A stretch of 63,872 bases of DNA, counting the filler, from Deltaproteobacteria bacterium (GTDB lineage Bacteria; JAUYMQ01), in the NCBI GenBank assembly GCA_030698575.1. It is 9 parts of 9 records of this genome, joined end to end, with 100 filler letters (N's around TTAATTAATTAA, not from the genome) between each part and the next. Parts side by side here need not be neighbours in the genome. Positions count along the whole stretch, not along the records: positions 1 to 4,171 come from JAUYMQ010000051.1; positions 4,272 to 11,766 come from JAUYMQ010000052.1; 7 more parts are not named here. One strand, 5' to 3'. This document shows, one piece after another, positions 1 to 9,671 of the stretch. Both the position numbers and the translations under genes were made by a program. Below the pieces are notes generated by a model. That model was not told the origin of the DNA and did no database searches. It worked only from the letters and a program-made list of their open reading frames with translations. Position 1 is the stretch's first letter. Every line of letters starts with the position of its first letter.

Positions 1-746
1 GGTAGATAGAAGATCGAAGCCGATCCGATGAGAAGGGTGGTGCGCGACAAGATCGATGTTCCATCATCCTGCCTTTGGACTTCTCGCCAGCCGGCCGCCG
101 CGACGAAGAGGGCGGCCGCCGTCAGCAGGACTCCGGGCAGAATGCCCGACGTTCCGAAGAGATGCCCGGCGGCGAGTGAAGCCCCGCCTGCAACGGCGAA
201 GGGCGCACCCTTCGGTACGCGGAGCGATTGCAGGAGCAGACAGAGCACCAGGCTGTAGAAGAAAATCTCGGCGCAGTGGTGATCCACGTAGCCCAGGTCG
301 GAGTAGCGCCGAAAGAGCTCCACAAGACTCACGAAGAGCGCGGCCACTAGTCCTGCGCGCTTGCCGAATGCCTCGCGTGCCGCGAAGAAGACGGTCAGGA
401 CCGTGAGGAGCGCAAAGACGATGGGAACCCAGACGGCTACCTGGGCGGTCTGATCCAGCGTGGGGGCGCCCTGGCTGTAAAGGCGAGCCAGCGTGGCGAT
501 CAGGAAGTCGAACCCGGGAGGCCAGAGGATCGGGGCCCCTTCAGGGAAGTTCACGTAGTAGTCGAAGGATGGAACGTGAGGATAGTGGGTTGCGGTCAGC
601 CAGGCGCGGCGAAGGTGATAATAGGGGTCGGTATCGAGCAGGAAAGTTTCTGATCCGACAAAGACCCCGCGAAAGTTGCTCACTCGAACCGCAAGGCCCA
701 GGGCAAGTATCGCAAACAGAGCGCCGATGGAGTGCAGCTTTCCCAT
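1..746 (-). CDS. STT3/AglB-type oligosaccharyltransferase, N-terminal part (runs off window start)
   Basis: Manual translation from ATG 746: MGKLHSIGALFAILALGLAVRVSN...DTDPYYHLRRA...FDYYVNFPEGAPILWPPGFD...RYSDLGYVDHHCAEIF, with several TM helices. DPYYH, WPP.FD and G..DHH motifs are typical of STT3/AglB. Absent from the ORF track because there is no stop in the window. Confidence 0.8.
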   Translation of the reverse strand, partial: MGKLHSIGALFAILALGLAVRVSNFRGVFVGSETFLLDTDPYYHLRRAWLTATHYPHVPSFDYYVNFPEGAPILWPPGFDFLIATLARLYSQGAPTLDQTAQVAVWVPIVFALLTVLTVFFAAREAFGKRAGLVAALFVSLVELFRRYSDLGYVDHHCAEIFFYSLVLCLLLQSLRVPKGAPFAVAGGASLAAGHLFGTSGILPGVLLTAAALFVAAAGWREVQRQDDGTSILSRTTLLIGSASIFYL

Positions 747-821
747 CTTGAGATGAGACTTTTCGGCCAAGCCCAGCGGCACCGTTTCCTCATCTCGCAT
801 GACTTCCATTATACTGGTCCC

Positions 822-1664
822 ATGACAATAATTCCTGTGCCCCTTCACCCGCGCCTGTACCTCGGCACGCAGTCCTGGTCGCACAAGAGCTGGGAGGAAG
901 TTTTCTATCCCGAAGGCGCGGCCCCTGGCGACTACCTCGCCTACTACGCCACGCGGTTCCGCGCCGTCGAAGTTGATGCCACCTTCTATCGCATCCCGTC
1001 CGAGTCAATGACGAAGCGGTGGGCGCGCGCCCTGCCCGACGGCTTTCGCTTTTCCGCGAAAGTGCCGCAGGTCATCACCCACGAGAAAACGCTGGAGAAT
1101 TGCGGAGAGGAACTACGGTTGTTTCTCGGCGCGATGGACCATCTCGGCGACAAGCTCGGCCCCATTCTTTTCCAGTTCCCCTACTTCAACAAGAAGTCGG
1201 GCATGACCGGCGAGATCTTCAACGATCGGTTGCGCAAGTTTTTGCCACAGCTCCCCGAGGGTTACCGCTTCGCGCTGGAGATTCGCAACAAGGCCTGGCT
1301 CAACCCGGCGTTCCTCGGTCTCCTGCGCGACCACGGCGTGGCTTACACGCTCGTCGATCACCCCTGGATGCCGCGCATCGGCGAGGTGATGGACAATCTC
1401 GATCCAGCCACCGCGGACTTCGCATACGTGCGCTGGCTCGGCGATCGGCGCGGCATCGAGAAGAAGACGACGAGCTGGGAGAAGCTCATCGTGGATCGCT
1501 CGCGCGAAATGGAAGCCTGGGTGCCGGCGCTCCGCGACTTGCTCGGTCGCAACATGACGATCTATGGTTTCTTCAACAACCACTACGCGGGCCACGCGCC
1601 GGGCTCGATAGCGCTGCTCGAGCAAGCGCTGGGCGAGGGGGGAGGAGGCGCCGGAGGTTCCTGA
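822..1664 (+). CDS. DUF72 family protein
   Basis: YLGTQSWS, VEVDATFYRIP, FSAKVPQVITH, GPILFQFP, YVRWLG, FFNNHYAGHA motifs; ATG 822 chosen within ORF 732..1664. Confidence 0.9.
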   Translation: MTIIPVPLHPRLYLGTQSWSHKSWEEVFYPEGAAPGDYLAYYATRFRAVEVDATFYRIPSESMTKRWARALPDGFRFSAKVPQVITHEKTLENCGEELRLFLGAMDHLGDKLGPILFQFPYFNKKSGMTGEIFNDRLRKFLPQLPEGYRFALEIRNKAWLNPAFLGLLRDHGVAYTLVDHPWMPRIGEVMDNLDPATADFAYVRWLGDRRGIEKKTTSWEKLIVDRSREMEAWVPALRDLLGRNMTIYGFFNNHYAGHAPGSIALLEQALGEGGGGAGGS

Positions 1665-3331
1665 TGCACAAGTTCCCGCTGACCCCACTCGCAGCCCTCG
1701 TGCTCGCCTTGCTTCTCCTGTTCGCCGCCGGGCCCGCTGTCGCGCAGGGCCTCGGCGATCCGATCCCCGGCCCCATCCCCCAGGGCGACGTTGTCGTCGG
1801 CTTCGAAACCGTGGCCTCGGGCATGGTAGCCCCGCTTTACGGCATCCACGCGGGTGACGGCTCGGGGCGGCTCTTCGTGGCGGATCAGGTCGGTCCCGTC
1901 TGGGCGATCGATCTGGCCACCAAGACGCGCACGCTTTTTCTGGATCTCACCCCCTTCATCATCGCCCCCAACCCCATCGACGAACGGGGGCTCATGGGTC
2001 AGGCCTTCCATCCCGACTACGCGCAGAACGGCCTGCTCTACACCTTCACTTCCGAGTTTCCGGGTCCGCCGGCGGACTTCACGGTGCAGCTCCCCTTCGG
2101 CTTCGTCTTCAATCACCAGAGCGTCGTCACCGAGTGGCGCGTGCCCGCGCCCGGCGATCGCGCTTCGGTGCCCGACCTGGCGAGCCGCCGCGTGATCCTG
2201 CGCATCGACCAGCCGCAGATCAATCACAACGGCGGCACCCTCGCCTTCGGGACCGATCGCCTGCTGTACATTTCGATTGGCGACGGCGGGAACCGTGACG
2301 ACGAGGGCGCGGGCCACGGATTTTTCGGGAACGGCCAGGACATGGAGACCGCGCTCGGCACGATGCTTCGAATCGACGTCGACGCCCGCACGTCGGCCAA
2401 CGGCCAGTACGGCGTGCCGGCCGGCAACCCCTTCGTGGGCGGGCCGGGCATCGACGAGATCTTCGCCTACGGCTTCCGCAACCCTTATCGCTTCTCGATT
2501 GATCACGCGACCGGCGACATCCACCTGGGCGACGTGGGGCAGGGCGCCATCGAGGAGATCGATCTGGTCATGGCGGGGGGCAATTACGGCTGGAATCTCA
2601 AGGAAGGCAGCTTCTTCTTCTTTCCCAACGGCTTCCTTCCCGGCTTCGTGACCGACGTCGATCCGGGCGTGCCGCCGGGTCTCATCGATCCCGTCGCCGA
2701 GTATGATCACGACGAGGGGATCGCCGTCATCGGGGGGTTCGTGTACCGGGGCGACCGGATCGCGAAGCTCCAGGGGCGCTACGTGTTCGCGGAGTTCCTG
2801 AAGCGCCTGCTGTACATCGACGGAGACGGCGTGATGAAGGAGATGCAGCTCGAGGCGGGCGCGCAGTTCATCAACGTGGTGATGGGCATGGGCCAGGACG
2901 AGGCGGGCGAGCTCTACGTGATCGGCAACGCCAACGGCTTTGCCGGGGGAGCCTCGGGGGTTGCGCGCAAGCTGCTTCCGCCCGACACGGACGGCGACGG
3001 CCACCGCGACCCCGACGACAACTGCCCTTACACGCCGAACGCCGACCAGGCCGATGCGGGCGGCGTGGGCGAGGGGTCGGCGCCCGACGGCATCGGCAAC
3101 GTCTGCCAATGCGCCGACGTGAACATGGACGGCTTCGTCACCAAGGCAGACTTCAAGGCCATCATCGCGTCGCTCCGCCCGGGAAACAACGTGCCGCTCC
3201 AGGCGCCCGATCTTTGCGACGCGGGCGGCGAGCCGGGATGCGCGCAGGAAGACGCCGTCATCGTGCGCATCGCGCTCACGAACAAGGCACCACGCCGGAT
3301 CGCCCAACAGTGTCCGCCGGCCCTGCCCTGA
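1664..3331 (+). CDS. Secreted glucose/sorbosone dehydrogenase (PQQ-dependent sugar dehydrogenase family) with C-terminal TSP3/dockerin-like Ca-binding repeats
   Basis: TGATG overlap with DUF72 stop; signal peptide; ERGLMG, NHNGG, GDGG, YGFRNP motifs; tail DTDGDG..DNCP...NADQAD...DGIGNVC..DVNMDG. Confidence 0.85.
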   Translation: MHKFPLTPLAALVLALLLLFAAGPAVAQGLGDPIPGPIPQGDVVVGFETVASGMVAPLYGIHAGDGSGRLFVADQVGPVWAIDLATKTRTLFLDLTPFIIAPNPIDERGLMGQAFHPDYAQNGLLYTFTSEFPGPPADFTVQLPFGFVFNHQSVVTEWRVPAPGDRASVPDLASRRVILRIDQPQINHNGGTLAFGTDRLLYISIGDGGNRDDEGAGHGFFGNGQDMETALGTMLRIDVDARTSANGQYGVPAGNPFVGGPGIDEIFAYGFRNPYRFSIDHATGDIHLGDVGQGAIEEIDLVMAGGNYGWNLKEGSFFFFPNGFLPGFVTDVDPGVPPGLIDPVAEYDHDEGIAVIGGFVYRGDRIAKLQGRYVFAEFLKRLLYIDGDGVMKEMQLEAGAQFINVVMGMGQDEAGELYVIGNANGFAGGASGVARKLLPPDTDGDGHRDPDDNCPYTPNADQADAGGVGEGSAPDGIGNVCQCADVNMDGFVTKADFKAIIASLRPGNNVPLQAPDLCDAGGEPGCAQEDAVIVRIALTNKAPRRIAQQCPPALP

Positions 3332-3344
3332 GCCCGGGTGTTCG

Positions 3345-4171
3345 TCAGGGTTTGTTCCCCTGCTTGTTCCCCTGAATGTCGTCGAGAAGCGCCCGGGCTT
3401 CTTCATTGCGCGGGTTCAGAGCCAGCGACCGGCGCAGCGCCTCGGCCGCGTCGCCCATTCGCCCCTGCATCATCAGCACCCGCCCCAACTGGAGCCACGG
3501 CGTCGGCCGGTCGGGCCGGAAATAGAGCAGGTTCCGGATCGCCTGCTCGGCTTTCTCGGGCTCGTTCTGCGCCTGGTATGCGATCGAAAGATCGTAGTGC
3601 GCCCTCGCCAGCTCCGGCTGGATTCTCACGGCGGCTTCCATCTCCGCGATGGCCTCCTCCGTGTGACCCAGCTTCATCAGCTCCTTGCCGTAGGATAGCC
3701 GCATCACGGAAGAGTTCGGGCTCGCCTCGGCCGCGGCGGTAAAAAGCGAGAGCTGATCGTGCCAGACGGGGTTGCGCGCAACCGTGCGCGCCCCCCACAG
3801 CACGACGATGACCACGGCCAGCGCGACGGCCAGCCGCCGGGTGCCCACGCGCCGCCGGACGATCCCCCCCGCCAGCCAGTCGCCCGCCAGCACCGCCAGC
3901 GCGATCGAGGGGATGTAGAGCGTGCGCTCGGCGAGCAGCAGCGGCACGGGCACCAGGAGGTTCGAGATCGGGAAGTAGGTGAGCGCCGCCCAGGCGGCCA
4001 TGGCGAAGCGCCGCGGCACGGCCCAGGCGCGCAGTGCGATGAACAGACTGATCCCCAGCACGGCCGCGCCCGCGGCTACCGCCGGCTCGAACCCCCGGGG
4101 TATCGGGATCTGGTTGAAGTTGTAGTCGGGTGAGAGCGTGATGGGGAAGAGAAGGAGCCGCGCTATCTCCT
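3345..4171 (-). CDS. TMTC-like membrane protein with C-terminal TPRs (GT-C glycosyltransferase-like), 5'-truncated
   Basis: Frame is open to the gap: LLFPITLSPDY...AERTLYIPS...RTVARNPVWHDQLSLF, then about 4 TPRs. Confidence 0.75.
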
Positions 4172-4271
4172 NNNNNNNNNNNNNNNNNNNNNNNNNNNNN
4201 NNNNNNNNNNNNNNNTTAATTAATTAANNNNNNNNNNNNNNNNNNNNNNNNNNNNNNNNNNNNNNNNNNNN
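4172..4271. other. Artificial contig spacer
   Basis: N44-TTAATTAATTAA-N44. Confidence 0.99.
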
Positions 4272-4326
4272 CGAAATCCGGCGCCTTCGTCCCGAGGGGC
4301 AGCATTGTGGAAGGCGTCATGACCAT
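4272..4326 (-). CDS. Thioredoxin/redoxin (AhpC-TSA-like) family protein, N-terminal fragment
   Basis: MVMTPSTMLPLGTKAPDF after a GAGGAG RBS; a typical redoxin N-terminus, cut by the gap. Confidence 0.6.
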
Positions 4327-4380
4327 GGCTTTCTCCTCTCTCACCAAATACGAAGATCGTCCGGTTCCATTGCCCAATCT

Positions 4381-5394
4381 TCATGTCGCAAATACCTCCA
4401 GCAGCCGCGTTCTGTAGTGATCCTGCTGCTCGCGGGTCGTGCCGGTGGAGGGGACGACGAGCATGACGGTATCGAGCAGCCCTTCGCGCTCAGCCACGCC
4501 CGCACGCACGCGATCAACGGGCCCGACCGCGCAGAAGGCGTCGACCATTTCGGGCGGGATCGCCTCGAGCGGGTCGCGCCCCCCCTTCTCCTGGATGTCC
4601 CGCACCTCGGCCACCACGCCGCCGAAGCCGTGGGCCTCGAAGATCGGATCGTAGATTCGCGCCCAGATGCTGAACAGCAGCGCCCCCGCGCCGATGCGGC
4701 GCGCGGCGGCGAGATCGTCGTCGATCACCGTGAAGCACTGGCCGAGGAGCTCCACGTCGCCGCGTTTCCGGTTGGCGCGGGCGAGCCCTTCGTCGAGCCC
4801 CGGCAGGACGACTTCCCGGAGATGACGCGGCGAGAAGAGCGGGTTGCCGATGAGTCCGTCCGCCGCCTCGCCGGCCAGCGCCGACATTCGCCGCGGCACC
4901 GCGGCGATGTAGACCGGCGGACTCTCCCGGGGTTGCTTCGTCATGCGGGGGAAGAAACGGCGGGCGCGCACGTGGTAGTGCTTCCCGTCGAACTGGATCT
5001 CGCCGCCGTTCGGCGCCTTCTCCATGATGAGGCGCACGACCTTCACGTACTCGCGAAGCTGGCTGAGGGGCTTTCCGTCGTCGCGTCCGGCGTACCAGTT
5101 GTTGTTGCGATTGGGATGGGCGACCCCGAGCCCCAGCGTGAAGCGCCCCTCGCTCAGAAGATCGAGATCGAGGGCCGCGAGGGCGAGCATGACGGGGCTG
5201 TGCGTGAAAGCCAGATTGATGGCGGTGCCGAGCTTGATGCGCTTCACCGCGGGCGCCAGGGCGGCCAGCGGAATCATCGCGGCATTGACCAGCTCGCCGT
5301 TCCACAGCGAGTCGAACCCCGCATCTTCAATGCGCTTCGCCCACCCGAGCATGGTCTCAAAGTCGCCCGACGGCAGGAACGCCGCGTGCTTCAT
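4381..5394 (-). CDS. LLM class flavin-dependent oxidoreductase
   Basis: DAGFDSLW, IKLGTAI, DLLSEGRFTLGLG, PPVYIAA, AGEAADG. Confidence 0.9.
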   Translation of the reverse strand: MKHAAFLPSGDFETMLGWAKRIEDAGFDSLWNGELVNAAMIPLAALAPAVKRIKLGTAINLAFTHSPVMLALAALDLDLLSEGRFTLGLGVAHPNRNNNWYAGRDDGKPLSQLREYVKVVRLIMEKAPNGGEIQFDGKHYHVRARRFFPRMTKQPRESPPVYIAAVPRRMSALAGEAADGLIGNPLFSPRHLREVVLPGLDEGLARANRKRGDVELLGQCFTVIDDDLAAARRIGAGALLFSIWARIYDPIFEAHGFGGVVAEVRDIQEKGGRDPLEAIPPEMVDAFCAVGPVDRVRAGVAEREGLLDTVMLVVPSTGTTREQQDHYRTRLLEVFAT

Positions 5395-5437
5395 AGCTCG
5401 ACCTTTCTGAGGCGCCCGGCCGGGCGCCTCGCCGGGG

Positions 5438-5469
5438 GATTGCTTCGTCGCTCCGCTCCTCGCAATGAC
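5438..5469. repeat. REP-like palindromic element (GTCATTGCGAG...CGAAGCAATC type)
   Basis: Intergenic GATTGCTTCGTCGCTCCGCTCCTCGCAATGAC; matches a widespread extragenic repeat family; one copy in the window. Confidence 0.65.
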
Positions 5470-5499
5470 ATGCGGGATGAGCGCTGCGCGTGGGGTGGC

Positions 5500-6366
5500 T
5501 CAGTCCATCCCGAGGAAGCGCGCCATGAAGCCGTCGAAGAGTCTGTCGCCGAGGAGGCTGGAGAGCGTCTTCTGGATCTTGGCCTCCTTCCCGACGAGGT
5601 AGCGCGTCTTCGGCTTCGGCGACGTGAGCGCGTGCGCGACAACCTCGGCGACCCGCTCGGGAGGCAGCGCGATCTTCGACATTTTCTCCGCCGCCTCGGC
5701 CAACTTGGTCAGCCCCTTCCCGTACACCCGCAGCGCCTCTTCGGAGAGCGCGGCGAGACTCTCGTTTCCTGCTTTCTGGCCCTTTTCCCAGATGGGCGTC
5801 GCGATAGCGCCGGGTTCGATCAGCGAGACCTGCACGCCGGTGCCGCGCAACTCGCGCCGGAGAGCGTCCGAGGCTCCTTCCATGGCGTATTTCGAAGCGG
5901 CGTAGGGGCCGATGAAGGGGCTCGCCACCCGCCCGCCGATGCTGCTGATGTTGACGATGCGCCCCCTGGCTTTCCGAAGGAGCGGCAGGAAGGTCTGGGT
6001 CACGGCCACGAAGCCGAAGAAGTTCACCTCGAACTGCCGCCGCCATTCGTCCATCGACGTGAACTCGAGAGGGCCCGAGACGACGATGCCCGCGTTGTTG
6101 ACGAGGCCCGCGAGCCCGTTCTCGCCCAGCGCGGCGGTGACTTCCTTCGCCGCGGCCGCGATGGAGCCCTCATTGGTCACGTCGATCAGGATGGGCGAGA
6201 GGCGGTCCGAAGCACCTTCCCGCAGGGCCTCGCCGTCCTGCGCGCGCCGCACCCCCGCGAAGACGCGGAAGCCCAGCTTGTCGAGATGGTGGGCGGTCGT
6301 CCGGCCGATGCCGGTGCTCGCACCCGTGATGACGACGGCGCCTCTGCCGCCTGCTTGATCGCTCAT
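5500..6366 (-). CDS. SDR family oxidoreductase (retinol/17-beta-HSD-like)
   Basis: TGASTGIG, LVNNAG, YAASK; ATG 6366 with GAGGAG RBS. Confidence 0.9.
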   Translation of the reverse strand: MSDQAGGRGAVVITGASTGIGRTTAHHLDKLGFRVFAGVRRAQDGEALREGASDRLSPILIDVTNEGSIAAAAKEVTAALGENGLAGLVNNAGIVVSGPLEFTSMDEWRRQFEVNFFGFVAVTQTFLPLLRKARGRIVNISSIGGRVASPFIGPYAASKYAMEGASDALRRELRGTGVQVSLIEPGAIATPIWEKGQKAGNESLAALSEEALRVYGKGLTKLAEAAEKMSKIALPPERVAEVVAHALTSPKPKTRYLVGKEAKIQKTLSSLLGDRLFDGFMARFLGMD

Positions 6367-6394
6367 GGTGATGACTCCTCTCGTGTTCGGAATT

Positions 6395-7276
6395 TCAGGT
6401 GAGCGATGCGCGCCACTCGGCCACCGCGCGCCCGATCTCGTCCGGAGCGTCTTCCTGGATGAAGTGCAAGCCCTTGACCGTGATTTCTTTCTGGTGCGGC
6501 CAGGTGCGGCAGTACTTCCGCTGCTTCCCGATGAGAATGGTTCCCGGCTCGGCATTGATGAAGAGCTTGGGCAGGTCGGCCGTCTCGAGCCACTTCCCGT
6601 AGTCGAGCACGATCTTCGCAACGTCCTCGGGCTCGCCGTCGATGGGAATCTGACGAGGCCATGTGAGCGTGGGCCGCCGGCTCTCGCCCGGCTCGAGGTA
6701 CGGGCGCTTGTACACCGCCATCTCGGCGTCGGTAAGTCCGCGCAGCACCGAGGACGGGAGCACGCGCTCGACGAAGACGTTCTTCTGGAGCACGATCTCC
6801 TCGCCGGCCTCCGACCGGAAACCCTGGAAGATCTGCCGGGCCATCTCCGGCCAGTCGGCCCAGTTCATGGGCATAACGATCGCCTCCATGTAGGCGATCC
6901 CCTTGACCGCGACGGGGTGGCGCCGCGCCCAGTCGAAGCCGAGGGCGGAGCCCCAGTCATGGATGACGAAGGTCACGTTCTCGCGCACACCGAGCTTCTC
7001 GAGGAGCGCGTCGAGGTATTCGCGATGCTCGACGAAGCGGTACTTGTCCGGCCCGCTGTCGGGCAGCTTCTCGCTGTCGCCCATGCCGATCAGATCCGGG
7101 GCAATGCAGCGCCCGGCCTTCTCGAGGTGCGGAATGACGTTGCGCCACAGATAGGATGAGGTCGGGTTGCCGTGGAGGAAAACGATGGGATCCCCCTCGC
7201 CCGTCTCGACGTAGGCCATCTGCCGGCCGTTCACCTCGATCTTCTTCTTCGGGTAGCGTTCCAGAGCGCTGATCAT
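6395..7276 (-). CDS. dhaA: Haloalkane dehalogenase (LinB/DhaA-like, HLD-II)
   Basis: FLHGNPTSSYLWRN, HDWGSALG (nucleophile Asp and halide-binding Trp), AYMEA, RRPTLTWPRQIP, GLHFIQED. Confidence 0.9.
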   Translation of the reverse strand: MISALERYPKKKIEVNGRQMAYVETGEGDPIVFLHGNPTSSYLWRNVIPHLEKAGRCIAPDLIGMGDSEKLPDSGPDKYRFVEHREYLDALLEKLGVRENVTFVIHDWGSALGFDWARRHPVAVKGIAYMEAIVMPMNWADWPEMARQIFQGFRSEAGEEIVLQKNVFVERVLPSSVLRGLTDAEMAVYKRPYLEPGESRRPTLTWPRQIPIDGEPEDVAKIVLDYGKWLETADLPKLFINAEPGTILIGKQRKYCRTWPHQKEITVKGLHFIQEDAPDEIGRAVAEWRASLT

Positions 7277-7325
7277 TGCAGTCGTTCCTTGCCGGCCTTG
7301 CCGCCCTTCCCGACGTTGATGAATA

Positions 7326-8756
7326 TCACTGTGATCCGCCGCGCATGCGCGCGAGCAAGTTCTCGGTGATGCGCTGCAACCGGGGGTCGGGCCCCTTCGG
7401 CGAAACGATGTGCTGCGGACGAACGTAGCCTGGAGGTTCGGCGAGGCCGTCCCCCCACCAGCAGGTGGCCGCGTTGAAAACGATGTTGCCCTTCGCCCCG
7501 GGGTAGACGGTGGCCGTGTAGACGCCGTCACCATGCTTGCTCTGCGTCTCGCCGCTGGCCACGACCTCCAGGCCGCGAATGTCAGCGGGCTCGCCGTGAT
7601 ACTCCCAGCCGACGAGACCCGCGATCCCGTCCCCGTTCCTCATGCCCGTCCCCTCGAAGAGCCAGTGGTCGGGGGCCGTGCAGATCCAGTCCGCTGATCC
7701 CGTCGGCGGCGCCGGCGTGCGGGCGCCCACGAGCCACTTCTCGTCGGGGGCGCTGGCGGGCAGCTGCGCCATCTCGGGAAAGACAGCCGTTTCCTCCCGC
7801 GACGCGCCGCCGAACCGGTCGGTCCGTGAGAAGACACGGTCCGGCGCGCCGCCGCCGCCCGGCCGAAGACCGATCTCGCCGCAGCAGACGTTCCCCGAAA
7901 GGAACGCCACGTTGAGGCCCGCGGCGATGGCGCCGAGGAGATGATCGTACATGGCGCGCGTGTAGTACTCATCATGCCCCACCGAGAGAAAGCCCCGCGC
8001 GCGCAAAAGCCCCCCGGGATCCTGGTGTGCGTCGATTCCCGAGATGTAGGTCACGTCGTGACCACGCGACTCCAGCCAGTATGCCACGGGAAACTCCCAC
8101 AGCAGCCACTCACCTGAGCCGGTCGACAGCGGCGCGTCGACGAGCTGGCAGTACTTGCCGTAGGGACGGTCGAAGCTCACCGCCGTGTCGGGGCCCCAGT
8201 ACCAGAACTTCTTCCCGTCGTCATACAGCGCGTAGCTGTCGGGCCAGCGGTTGTAGGCCTGCCAGGTGAGATCGGAGCACTGAAAGATGAAATCCGCCGG
8301 CCGGTCGTCGCGAACGACGAAGATGACATAGCTCTGATCGCCGCTCGGCCCGGCCGTGAGCTTTCCGAGGTAGACGCCGCTCGGCCAGTCGGCGGGGATC
8401 TCGATGCCGGCGCAGGCATTCCACCTGCACTCGCGCAGCCGCATGGGTCCGACGGGCGGGTCGGGCTGGACCTCGCCCGTGAAGGGACCGAGCCGCAGCA
8501 TGTGCCGTCCTCCGGCGCCGCCGTAGTAACCCATGCGGTAGAGGTCGAGCGTGAAAGGCGAGGGCGGGTTGGTGCTGACGTGGAACGAGATCGACTCACC
8601 GGGACGGACGCTCTGGCGGGAGCAGAATCCTTCGATCGATGACGACCGGAAGCGTGCGCCTGGATCGATGCGCGTCTTCCGAAGGATCCACTCCTCTGTT
8701 CCTGGCCGCGCGTTCTCCTCGCGGATCAGATCGGGTCGGGGGGGAATTGAACTCAT
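7326..8756 (-). CDS. N,N-dimethylformamidase beta-subunit-like domain protein
   Basis: YRMGYYGG, WPSGVYLGKL, TWQAYN.W, VSFDRPY, SVGHDEYY, GWEY motifs. Confidence 0.75.
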   Translation of the reverse strand: MSSIPPRPDLIREENARPGTEEWILRKTRIDPGARFRSSSIEGFCSRQSVRPGESISFHVSTNPPSPFTLDLYRMGYYGGAGGRHMLRLGPFTGEVQPDPPVGPMRLRECRWNACAGIEIPADWPSGVYLGKLTAGPSGDQSYVIFVVRDDRPADFIFQCSDLTWQAYNRWPDSYALYDDGKKFWYWGPDTAVSFDRPYGKYCQLVDAPLSTGSGEWLLWEFPVAYWLESRGHDVTYISGIDAHQDPGGLLRARGFLSVGHDEYYTRAMYDHLLGAIAAGLNVAFLSGNVCCGEIGLRPGGGGAPDRVFSRTDRFGGASREETAVFPEMAQLPASAPDEKWLVGARTPAPPTGSADWICTAPDHWLFEGTGMRNGDGIAGLVGWEYHGEPADIRGLEVVASGETQSKHGDGVYTATVYPGAKGNIVFNAATCWWGDGLAEPPGYVRPQHIVSPKGPDPRLQRITENLLARMRGGSQ

Positions 8757-8773
8757 CTTGTCAGGGCGCTTCC

Positions 8774-9652
8774 TCAGAGAGAGCGCGCGGGCTCCACGAT
8801 CGTCTCAGCAAGTTTGTCCAGCGTCGGCTCGATCAGCTCGGTTGTGGGCAGCATGACGAGCAGGATGACCTGATCCACCCCGGCCGCCGCGTAGCGCTTC
8901 ACCTTGTCGAGATCGACGGTTTTCATGTAGGGGCAGATGCTGATCTCGACGTCGCTCAGGGCGCGGCCCCGCTCGACCAGGAGCCGCTCGAGCTTCTCGA
9001 GGCGCTCCTCCGTTTCATCCGGCTCGAGGCCGAAGCCGTACCAGCCATGGCCGAGGTCAGCCACGCGCCGGAGCGCTGCGTCGCTCTCGCCGCCGAAGTG
9101 AATCGGCGGGTATGGATCCTGAACGGGCTTGGGATACATGCGGCAGGCCGGAAGCTCGTAGAACTCGTCCTTGTATTCCGAGACCGCGTCGCACCAGAGA
9201 GTCTTCATGACCTCGATGTAGGATCGGCAGCGCTCGGCGCGCCGCTCGAAGGGCATCTGGAGCGCCCGGAACTCCTCGGCGAGCCAGCCGACGCCGATGC
9301 CCATGTCGAAGCGGCCGTTCGAAAGGTAGTCGAGCGTGGCGGCGTCTTTCGCGGTGTAGACCGGGCTGCGCTGCGGGAGCAGGCAGATCCCCGTGCCGAG
9401 CCGGATGCTGCGCGTCACGGCGGCCACGTAGGAAAGCGTCACGAAGGGGTCCATGAGGCCCGACTCACCCGAGGCCGGAAACTTCCCGTCGGGTGAGTAG
9501 GGGTACTTCGACTGGTAGTGATCGAAAAGAACGACGTGCTCGGCTGCCCAGAGGGAATGGAAGCCGCGCTGCTCGGCCGCCGGGCCGAGGGTCTGGATGT
9601 ACTCACCCGTTGCCCAGGGGCTGCTGAATGGGGGAAAGATGCCGATCTTCAT
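8774..9652 (-). CDS. LLM class (putative F420-dependent, Rv2161c-like) oxidoreductase
   Basis: GFHSLWAAEHV, DPFVTLS, IRLGTG, LDYLSNGRF..GIGVGW..EEF, PKPVQ.P.PPI; ATG 9652. Confidence 0.88.
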   Translation of the reverse strand: MKIGIFPPFSSPWATGEYIQTLGPAAEQRGFHSLWAAEHVVLFDHYQSKYPYSPDGKFPASGESGLMDPFVTLSYVAAVTRSIRLGTGICLLPQRSPVYTAKDAATLDYLSNGRFDMGIGVGWLAEEFRALQMPFERRAERCRSYIEVMKTLWCDAVSEYKDEFYELPACRMYPKPVQDPYPPIHFGGESDAALRRVADLGHGWYGFGLEPDETEERLEKLERLLVERGRALSDVEISICPYMKTVDLDKVKRYAAAGVDQVILLVMLPTTELIEPTLDKLAETIVEPARSL

Positions 9653-9671
9653 GCCGCCGCTCCTTCCGGTA

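Noticed and set aside
1019-1663. 770-aa ORF suggesting a long N-terminal extension of the sugar dehydrogenase
   Set aside because: The extension overlaps DUF72 in another frame and is Arg-rich shadow sequence; the real start is ATG 1664 with a signal peptide.
4417-6402. Long antisense ORFs (also 1583-3406, 12497-14098, 19722-21170, 55905-57698, 48199-49560)
   Set aside because: Expected shadows of high-GC3 genes; no recognisable motifs.
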